From positions 438,943 to 502,942 of the forward strand of contig JBDRIV010000002.1 of assembly GCA_043815505.1 (NCBI GenBank): a stretch of DNA of 64,000 nucleotides. The letters are read 5' to 3'. This DNA is from a bacterium. GTDB lineage: Bacteria > Patescibacteriota > JABMPQ01 > JBDRIV01. The notes under the pieces are model-generated. The model was not told where the DNA came from. It made no database searches and saw nothing but the letters and a program-made list of their open reading frames with translations. Every line of letters begins with the position of its first letter. Within the stretch, counting starts at the first letter, position 1. Positions 57,458 through 64,000 of this stretch are shown one piece after another. Made by a program: the position numbers and the translations under genes.

Positions 57458-59150
57458 TAGTGTCTGGCAAGCCAAGCCAAGAAATGAGAAACTTTTTGGA
57501 GTACTTAAGAGTAAATATTCCAAACTGGAAGCAGAAATACTTAGTCGTCGAGAACTAACGGATGAAAAAGAACTGGAAGAGTATTTAAGTCCAAAATTTG
57601 AGGGGTTATATGACCCTTTTCTTTTGTTAAATATGAAAAAAGTTATAACCAGATATTTTTCAGCCATTAGTAAGAAAGAAAAGGTGGCGATTTATGCTGA
57701 TTACGATGCTGATGGTATTTGTTCCGGCGCTCTATTAACTGATATTGTAAAACTAAGTTTTTCAGATTTCGAAATATATATTCCTGATAGAAAACTAGAA
57801 GGTTATGGTCTAAAGAAAAAAGCAATCGAATTCTTATGGAAAAAAGGAGTGAGTTTAATAATCTCTTGTGACTGTGGTATTAGTAACAAAGAAGAAATTG
57901 ATTATGCCAAAAAACTGGGTGTTGATGTTATAGTATTAGATCATCACGATCCACCAGATTATAATTTTAGTAATTATTATATTATTGATCCAAAATTAAA
58001 AAATGATAAATATAAAGATAAAAATATTTGTGGTGGCGGAGTAGTTTATAAATTTATACAAGCAGTAATAATTGCTAACCAAAATGAGAAATTAATTAAA
58101 TTTCCAGAGCACTTTGCAAAATGGTCACTTGATTTAGTAGGAATTGCCACCATAGCTGACATGGTTCCTCTCAAAAAAGAAAATAGAATATTTGCTAAAT
58201 ATGGTTTAGTTGTTTTAAATAAAACTAAAAGAATAGGAATAAAAGAGCTTGTAAAAAGAAGTGGACTGGATAAGGAAATTATTGATACCAGAAATGTTGG
58301 CTATGTTATTGCACCCAGGTTAAATGCAGCTGGAAGAATTGATCATGCCAATAGTTCATATAAATTATTGGTTTCTCAAGATAAAAAGGAAGCTAAAACA
58401 ATTGCGAGTGAATTAAATATTAAAAATTCATCTCGTCAAGAACTTACCAATCAAGTTTATATAGAAGCAATTGAAAATGCTAAAAAAGAAAGTGGAAATA
58501 TAATTGTTTTAAAAAGTAAAAAGTGGGATAGTGGAGTGTTGGGGATAGCCGCTTCTCGAATTACCAATGAACTAAACAAACCCACAATTCTAATGACTGA
58601 AAATAAGGATGAAATTACCGGTTCAGCCAGAAGTATAAAAAACTTTAATATAATAGAAGCTATTAGAAAACATAAGGACTTACTCATAACATTTGGGGGT
58701 CATCCTCAAGCTGCTGGTTTAACGGTGGAAAAAAGTAATTTCGAAAGTTTTAAAGAAAAGATGATTAAGCACACAGCTAAAAAGATATCTAAAGCTGATT
58801 TAATAAAACTCTATGAATATGATGTAGAAACAGATTTAGACAACATAAATTATTCTTTGTATAAAACCATAGAACTTCTAGAACCATTTGGTATGGGAAA
58901 TAAGAAACCAATATTTCTTTTAAATAATTTAATTATTGAAAAATACAATTTTGTTGGTAAAAAAGAAAATCATTTAAAATTGAATTTACGTTCTGGTCGC
59001 AAAAGAATATCAGCCATCAAATTCAATATCGAAAAGAATAAAATAGAAAATATTTTAAAAAAGGAAAAACTTGATGTCTTAGTAGAATTAAGTGAAAATA
59101 AATATATGGGACGATCAAGTTTGGAATTACAATTAATTGATTTAAAATAA
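57450..59150 (+). CDS. recJ: Single-stranded-DNA-specific exonuclease RecJ
   Basis: DHH motifs (IYADYDADGICSGALL; LDHHD) and DHHA1 domain (GGHPQAAG). Confidence 0.85.
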   Translation: MDNSVWQAKPRNEKLFGVLKSKYSKLEAEILSRRELTDEKELEEYLSPKFEGLYDPFLLLNMKKVITRYFSAISKKEKVAIYADYDADGICSGALLTDIVKLSFSDFEIYIPDRKLEGYGLKKKAIEFLWKKGVSLIISCDCGISNKEEIDYAKKLGVDVIVLDHHDPPDYNFSNYYIIDPKLKNDKYKDKNICGGGVVYKFIQAVIIANQNEKLIKFPEHFAKWSLDLVGIATIADMVPLKKENRIFAKYGLVVLNKTKRIGIKELVKRSGLDKEIIDTRNVGYVIAPRLNAAGRIDHANSSYKLLVSQDKKEAKTIASELNIKNSSRQELTNQVYIEAIENAKKESGNIIVLKSKKWDSGVLGIAASRITNELNKPTILMTENKDEITGSARSIKNFNIIEAIRKHKDLLITFGGHPQAAGLTVEKSNFESFKEKMIKHTAKKISKADLIKLYEYDVETDLDNINYSLYKTIELLEPFGMGNKKPIFLLNNLIIEKYNFVGKKENHLKLNLRSGRKRISAIKFNIEKNKIENILKKEKLDVLVELSENKYMGRSSLELQLIDLK

Positions 59151-59554
59151 TGAATTTTACAATGCACACAGATGGAGGATCCAGAGGAAATCCTGGGTCA
59201 GCGGCCATCGGAGTAGTAGTTAAAGATATGATGGGGAAAAAGGTAATCGAAATATCTAAAAGTATTGGCGAGACGACCAATAATCAAGCCGAATACACGG
59301 CTCTTATAGTGGGCCTTCAAGAATGCCTAAAAAATAGGTTCTTAGAAGTAACTTGTTTTCTTGATTCAGAATTGGTTGTAAATCAAATAAATGGCTTATA
59401 TAAGGTTAAAAATGCAGGTATTGCGGAATTAATAGTTAAGGTCAATCAGTTAAAAAATCAGTTTAAAAAGATTCAATTTAATCATATAGTTAGAGAAAAA
59501 AACATAGAGGCTGATGCTCTGGTAAATAAGGCTTTGGACAACTTGACAATTTAG
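59150..59554 (+). CDS. rnhA: Ribonuclease HI (archaeal/short type)
   Basis: MHTDGGSRGNPGSAAIGVV...NNQAEYTALIVGL...LDSELVVNQ carries the DEDD catalytic residues of RNase H-like type 1. Confidence 0.8.
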   Translation: MNFTMHTDGGSRGNPGSAAIGVVVKDMMGKKVIEISKSIGETTNNQAEYTALIVGLQECLKNRFLEVTCFLDSELVVNQINGLYKVKNAGIAELIVKVNQLKNQFKKIQFNHIVREKNIEADALVNKALDNLTI

Positions 59555-59587
59555 ACATTTTCGTATAGGATAACAGCGTGCTTTTAC

Positions 59588-60083
59588 GGGGAAGATAAAT
59601 GGTTGCTCTAAAATATTTTTTAGAGAGGAAAGTCCGAACACCGCTACGTGGTGGTTCGTAACGCGAACCCAGGGATTAAAAAGCGTTCTTTAGAAGCAGC
59701 GTGAAATGATCGATCGTCATTTCGCTCTTGATTCTATTAAGATTGTTTAATTAGAACCTGAGGGAAAGTGCCACAGAAATTATACCGCCCCGTCCCAGTT
59801 TTGGAGAACTTATAATACTGTTGCGAAGTTTATAGAAAATGAAATTTTAGGAATATAAAGTGTGAGTTCTATAAAACTGGAGCGGGGTAAGGGTGAAACC
59901 GTGGTGTAAGAGACCACGCAAAACTTTAGGCGACTAAAGATTTGGGTAAACCCCACCTGGTGCAAGGTTGATAGGTATTTACCTAAACCGCTTGAGCTTG
60001 CATGCAAATGTAAGCGAAGATAGATAACCATTACTTTCTTCAATAATCTTGAGAGAGAACAGAATTCGGCTTATTTCTTCCCC
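59588..60083 (+). ncRNA. rnpB: RNase P RNA (bacterial type A) with AT-rich helix expansions
   Basis: P1 pairing GGGGAAGA (59588-59595) with TCTTCCCC (60076-60083). Conserved blocks present: GAGGAAAGTCCGAAC (P4 5'), GGGAAAGTGCCACAGAAA, GGTAAGGGTGAAACCGTGGTGTAAGAGACCACGC, CCACCTGGTGCAAGG, ACAGAATTCGGCTTAT (P4 3'). Long P12-like helix CCCGTCCCAGTTTTGGAG...CTGGAGCGGGG. Confidence 0.85.
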
Positions 60084-60097
60084 TGAAGCACAAAAGG

Positions 60098-60123
60098 TAC
60101 GTAAAATGGTTTACGTATTTTTT
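60098..60123 (+). terminator. Intrinsic terminator after rnpB
   Basis: TACGTAAA-atgg-TTTACGTA followed by TTTTTT. Confidence 0.5.
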
Positions 60124-60133
60124 ACATAGCCTT

Positions 60134-61534
60134 GTGTCAATGAAAAGATCAGAATTATATATTACAATTTTACTAATACCTCTTGATTACCTCATGATTA
60201 TAATGGCGGGATTTTTAGCCTATGTTATTAGATTTTCAACTCAAATAACATCTATTCGTCCGGCTATTTTTGATTTGGATTTTTCTGAATTTATGATGAC
60301 CTTAAGTATTGTTGGCATATCTTGGATTATCATTTTTGCCTTCATGGGATTATACAAATTTGAACAAAGAAAGAAGTTTATTGATGAATTATACAGAGTG
60401 ATTACTGCCGTTTCTGTGGGAACTGTCGCTGTAATTATTTTTTCTTTTGCCGTTCGAGAATTGTTTTCCTCTCGTTTTATTGTTGTGGCCGCTTGGTTTT
60501 TAGGAATAATTTTAATTACTATCACACGTTTATTTGTTAGCTATATTCAACGTTTACTTTATAAATATGGTTGTGGAATTCACAGAATAGTATTAATTGG
60601 TGGAAATGGAGTTTGTCATCATTTAATGCAAACCATCGAAAATAATATTCATATGGGTTATCAAGTAATTGGTGTATTGCCAAATCTAAAAGAAGATACA
60701 ATAGATATAATTAGTAAGCTCAAACAAAGAAGAGAAATCAATGAAATTATTCACTGTGATCCTAAAATAGATCGTGATTTAGTAAATCCCGTTATTGATT
60801 ACTGCCAAGAAAACAATATTGAATTTAAATTTGTACCGGATGTCTTTGAGACCCAAACCAGTAATATAGAAGTTAAACAACTGGCTGGTTTACCTTTAAT
60901 TAATTTAAAACTTTCCGCCATTGAAGGTTGGGGGAAAATTATTAAAAGGTTATTTGATATTGTAATTTCCTTTTTAACCTTATTGATCTTAGTTCCATTT
61001 TTTATAGTGATAGCAATAATTACTAAATTGGATAAGGAAACTCCAGGACCGGTATTTGTTAAATTAACAAGGCAAAATCAAAAAGGAAAATTTAAATTAT
61101 ATAAATTTCGTTCCATGGTTGTTGATGCTCATAAAATGAAGCAACAATTACTTGATTTAAATGAAAGAAAAGGTGGACCGTTATTTAAAATGAAAAATGA
61201 TCCCCGGGTTACAAGAACTGGCAGATGGCTTAGAAATACAAGCATTGATGAGCTCCCTCAGTTCTTAAATGTCTTAAAAGGTGATATCAGTTTAGTAGGA
61301 CCTCGTCCGCATGAACCAGAAGAAATAAAAAATTATGAAAAAAATCATTTAAAACTTTTAACCGTGAAGCCGGGGATTACCGGTATGGGTCAAGTTTCGG
61401 GAAGAAGTGATTTAGATTTTGCGGAAGAAGCTAAGCTGGATTTGTATTATATTTCTAACTGGTCTTTCAAACTGGACTTACAAATATTAGTAAAAACAGT
61501 TTTTGTAATTCTTAGTCGTAAATCAGCAGCCTAA
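60134..61534 (+). CDS. Polyprenyl-phosphate hexose-1-phosphate transferase (WbaP/CpsE/EpsB-type priming sugar transferase)
   Basis: Five N-terminal TMs plus C-terminal Bac_transf domain (LFDIVISFLTLL...PGPVFVKLTRQNQKGKFKLYKFRSM...DELPQFLNVLKGDISLVGPRP). Confidence 0.8.
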   Translation: MSMKRSELYITILLIPLDYLMIIMAGFLAYVIRFSTQITSIRPAIFDLDFSEFMMTLSIVGISWIIIFAFMGLYKFEQRKKFIDELYRVITAVSVGTVAVIIFSFAVRELFSSRFIVVAAWFLGIILITITRLFVSYIQRLLYKYGCGIHRIVLIGGNGVCHHLMQTIENNIHMGYQVIGVLPNLKEDTIDIISKLKQRREINEIIHCDPKIDRDLVNPVIDYCQENNIEFKFVPDVFETQTSNIEVKQLAGLPLINLKLSAIEGWGKIIKRLFDIVISFLTLLILVPFFIVIAIITKLDKETPGPVFVKLTRQNQKGKFKLYKFRSMVVDAHKMKQQLLDLNERKGGPLFKMKNDPRVTRTGRWLRNTSIDELPQFLNVLKGDISLVGPRPHEPEEIKNYEKNHLKLLTVKPGITGMGQVSGRSDLDFAEEAKLDLYYISNWSFKLDLQILVKTVFVILSRKSAA

Positions 61535-62649
61535 TGAAAGTAGCTTTAGTACATGATTTTTTAAACCAAATTGGTGGAGCAGAAAAAGTTCTGCAGACTT
61601 TTCATGATCTTTATCCTAAGGCCCCAGTTTATACCATGACTTATGATAAGATGGAAACAAAAGGAGAATTTTCAAATTTAGATATTAAGACATCTTTCAT
61701 TCAGAAACTTCCTGGTGGAGTAAAAAAATATAAATGGTTTATACCCTTAATGCCAGCAGCGATTGAACATCTTGATTTAAAAAAATATGATATGATACTT
61801 TCTGATTGTTCAGCTTTTGCTAAAGGAATAATTCCCAGCACCGAATCCTTGCATATTTGCTATTGTCATACACCCACTAGATTTTTGTGGAGTGATTCGC
61901 ACAAATATACCGAGGAATTAAATGTGCCAGGAATTGTAAAAAGAGTTTTGCCAATATTTTTAAATCGTTTGCGTCTCTGGGATAAAGCGGCAGCCGATCG
62001 AGTCGATCATTTTATTGCCAATTCCAAATTTGTTGCCGAAAGAATAAAAAAATATTATCAAAAAGAAAGTGATGTTATATATCCGCCCGTTGTAACAACT
62101 GGATATCCTGATGATAATAAAGTAGAGGATTACTATGTGATCGTATCGCGTTTACGCCCCTACAAAAAAGTTGATTTAGTAATTGAAGCATTTAATGCTC
62201 TTGGTTATAAATTAAAAATTATTGGTACCGGCGAAGAAATGGAAAATCTAAAAAAACTGGCAAAACCAAATATTGAATTTTTAGGACCAGTTGCAGATGA
62301 GGAAAGAAACAGACAGTTAGCAAATTGTCGTGCCTTTATAAATCCGCAAGAAGAAGATTTTGGTATAGCACCGGTTGAAGCCATGGCCGCTGGACGTCCA
62401 GTTGTAGCTTACAAAAAAGGTGGCGCCAAAGAAACTGTAATTGAAGGAAAAACTGGTGTTTTCTTTGAAGATCAAACTCCTTGGAATTTGGTAGATGTTA
62501 TACGAGAAAATCATGAGAAATTGGCCAAGTATAATATTGATGATATCAAAGCTCATGCCAGAAAATTCGATACAAAAGAATTTAACTACAATATCAAAAA
62601 TTACGTACAAACAAAGTACGATGAATATTTAAACAGTAAATTAATATAA
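61534..62649 (+). CDS. Glycosyltransferase family 1 (GT4-type)
   Basis: C-terminal FINPQEEDFGIAPVEAMAAGRPVVA (E-x7-E region). Confidence 0.75.
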   Translation: MKVALVHDFLNQIGGAEKVLQTFHDLYPKAPVYTMTYDKMETKGEFSNLDIKTSFIQKLPGGVKKYKWFIPLMPAAIEHLDLKKYDMILSDCSAFAKGIIPSTESLHICYCHTPTRFLWSDSHKYTEELNVPGIVKRVLPIFLNRLRLWDKAAADRVDHFIANSKFVAERIKKYYQKESDVIYPPVVTTGYPDDNKVEDYYVIVSRLRPYKKVDLVIEAFNALGYKLKIIGTGEEMENLKKLAKPNIEFLGPVADEERNRQLANCRAFINPQEEDFGIAPVEAMAAGRPVVAYKKGGAKETVIEGKTGVFFEDQTPWNLVDVIRENHEKLAKYNIDDIKAHARKFDTKEFNYNIKNYVQTKYDEYLNSKLI

Positions 62650-63257
62650 TGAATATATCACCGCAAAAATTCTTCAAGCAATATGCTTGGTTTATAATCA
62701 TTAGCATAGTCGTGGTATTGATTGTGGCCATTCTTCTAACTGTTGTGCCAGAGCCAAAATTTAAAACCACTATAAGTATGTCCGTTTATAGAACGGAGAG
62801 AACAGACAATCAAGATTTTCAATATGATAATTATTATGCCATTGAAGCTTCAGAATTGATGGTTAAAACCATGAAATCATGGTTAGCAAATCCTGATATT
62901 GTTGCTGATATTTATAATCAGGAAGGTTTCGAAAAAGGTGGTCACGAGGTATTAAAATTAGCAAAAGGTATTAAAACTGAACAATTATCACCTCATACAC
63001 TAAATGTAAATTTTATTTCTGATACAGAGGATGAAGCCCTAAAAGTTGCTAGTAAAATGAAAACTGAAATGGAAACTCTAATTAGTGAAGCAGAAAAAAA
63101 TAGTACTGAAACTCAAGCTTTTTCTTTACAGACAACAGATCCCTTCACGGTAGAAAACAATTACAATCCCTACATGGTGGCTGTAATTAGTATAATTGCA
63201 GGTTTTCTACTGGCCACCGGATTAGCCTTAATTAAAGAATTCTTTTCTAATACATGA
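62649..63257 (+). CDS. Wzz/PCP-like chain-length determinant (short, two TM)
   Basis: N-terminal and C-terminal TM helices flank a ~140-aa periplasmic segment. Position within a polysaccharide locus. Confidence 0.4.
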   Translation: MNISPQKFFKQYAWFIIISIVVVLIVAILLTVVPEPKFKTTISMSVYRTERTDNQDFQYDNYYAIEASELMVKTMKSWLANPDIVADIYNQEGFEKGGHEVLKLAKGIKTEQLSPHTLNVNFISDTEDEALKVASKMKTEMETLISEAEKNSTETQAFSLQTTDPFTVENNYNPYMVAVISIIAGFLLATGLALIKEFFSNT

Positions 63258-64000
63258 AAATAGGAATAGATATTAGACCGCTGCAGGAGGAAAATATTTC
63301 AGGAGTAGGAGAATATCTTTTCTATTTGCTTAAATACTTAGCTAAAAATGAAACTAAAAACAAATATGTTTTACTAGCCAATTCATTTCATGAACCTAAG
63401 ATCCCAAAATTTATTGAAAATAGCAATAAATTTGAACTGAAGAAGTATCGTATTCCCAACAAAATATTCAATCTTTGCCAAGTAATATTTAAATATCCCA
63501 AACTGGATAAATTACTGGGCGGAGTGGATATTTTATTTTTGCCCAATATAACTTTCACTTCCGTCTCAAGCAATTGTAAACTAATATTAACAGTTCACGA
63601 TCTTTCTTATTTGCAGTATAAAGAATACCTAAGTTGGAAGAGAAAAATTTGGCACAAAATCGTAAATCCTAAATCCTTAATAAAGAGAGCCGATAAAATT
63701 ATTGCGGTTTCTGAATCTACAAAAAGGGAACTAGAGGATTTATTGAATGTTTCCCAAGATAAGATTGACGTAATATACTCAGGAATTAGTTACAAGGATA
63801 ATAAAAAAGAAATTAACACTAAAAGTAAATATAGTACAGGAAATAAATATATTTTAGCTTTAGGTGTTTTGGAACCAAGAAAAAATATTTATGGATTAAT
63901 AAAAGCATTTTCCGAATTAAATGAAAAATATAGTAACTATAAATTAGTAATTGTTGGTAAAATGGGCTGGAAAAATAAAATGTTGTCAACTTTAAATAAT
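63254..64000 (+). CDS. Glycosyltransferase family 1 (3'-truncated by window end)
   Basis: ATG at 63254 overlapping the previous stop (ATGA). MKIGIDIRPLQEENISGVGEY... is a typical GT4 N-domain. No stop before position 64000. Confidence 0.6.
   Translation, partial: MKIGIDIRPLQEENISGVGEYLFYLLKYLAKNETKNKYVLLANSFHEPKIPKFIENSNKFELKKYRIPNKIFNLCQVIFKYPKLDKLLGGVDILFLPNITFTSVSSNCKLILTVHDLSYLQYKEYLSWKRKIWHKIVNPKSLIKRADKIIAVSESTKRELEDLLNVSQDKIDVIYSGISYKDNKKEINTKSKYSTGNKYILALGVLEPRKNIYGLIKAFSELNEKYSNYKLVIVGKMGWKNKMLSTLNN

Noticed and set aside
1-64000. CRISPR arrays, IS elements, integrases, prophage genes
   Set aside because: No direct-repeat/spacer periodicity, no terminal inverted repeats flanking a transposase-like ORF, and no integrase or phage structural-like translations were recognised in any frame.

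Overview
This is a low-GC, gene-dense chromosomal segment, mostly plus-strand. Gene content and protein style point to a small-genome Patescibacteria/CPR-like bacterium. The supporting traits are Lys-rich extensions on housekeeping proteins, weak or no Shine-Dalgarno sequences, archaeal-type RibL and RNase HI, and a PduL+acetate kinase fermentation module. All calls rest on reading the six-frame translations and the raw sequence by eye; no searches were run.

Content in order:
- Ribosomal/RNA polymerase operon tail: rpsK, rpsD, rpoA, rplQ, rplM, rpsI.
- Cell-wall and shape genes: murA, a first mreB paralog, a GT1 glycosyltransferase, holB, a BNR-repeat lipoprotein, frr, rseP, then canonical mreB-mreC-mreD-PBP2.
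- Housekeeping: folD, greA, lysS, a RibL-like cytidylyltransferase, a bactofilin-like membrane protein, serS.
- A dcw-like block: alr, ddl, ftsQ-like, a processive GT2 synthase, an MraY/WecA-family transferase, a DUF192 lipoprotein, rplU.
- Minus-strand block: recR, ybaB, dnaB, cysS, a small ORF, a membrane-anchored Clp D1-only ATPase, corA.
- A three-gene plus-strand module: an acidic protein, an 851-aa membrane-anchored VirD4/TraG-like ATPase, and a protein with an acidic SSB-like tail. Then GtrA, dnaX, tRNA-Gln(UUG).
- After the tRNA, an accessory-looking stretch: a methyltransferase, a GC-rich small ORF, a Ser/Thr-rich membrane protein, a minimal two-subunit [NiFe] hydrogenase with a maturation protease-like gene, a hypothetical protein, and an EamA transporter.
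- A CheY-like receiver, a D-Ala-D-Ala carboxypeptidase, and a glycolysis block (tpiA, gap, pgk, eno, a frameshifted gpmI).
- PduL-type phosphotransacylase, acetate kinase, a ROK kinase, recJ, RNase HI, RNase P RNA (rnpB).
- The start of an exopolysaccharide locus: a priming sugar phosphotransferase, two GT1 glycosyltransferases and a Wzz-like protein.

No CRISPR array, transposase or integrase was recognised. The most interesting loci are the stripped-down [NiFe] hydrogenase, the orphan coupling-protein-like ATPase module, the GC-anomalous ORF next to tRNA-Gln, and the homopolymer frameshift in gpmI.
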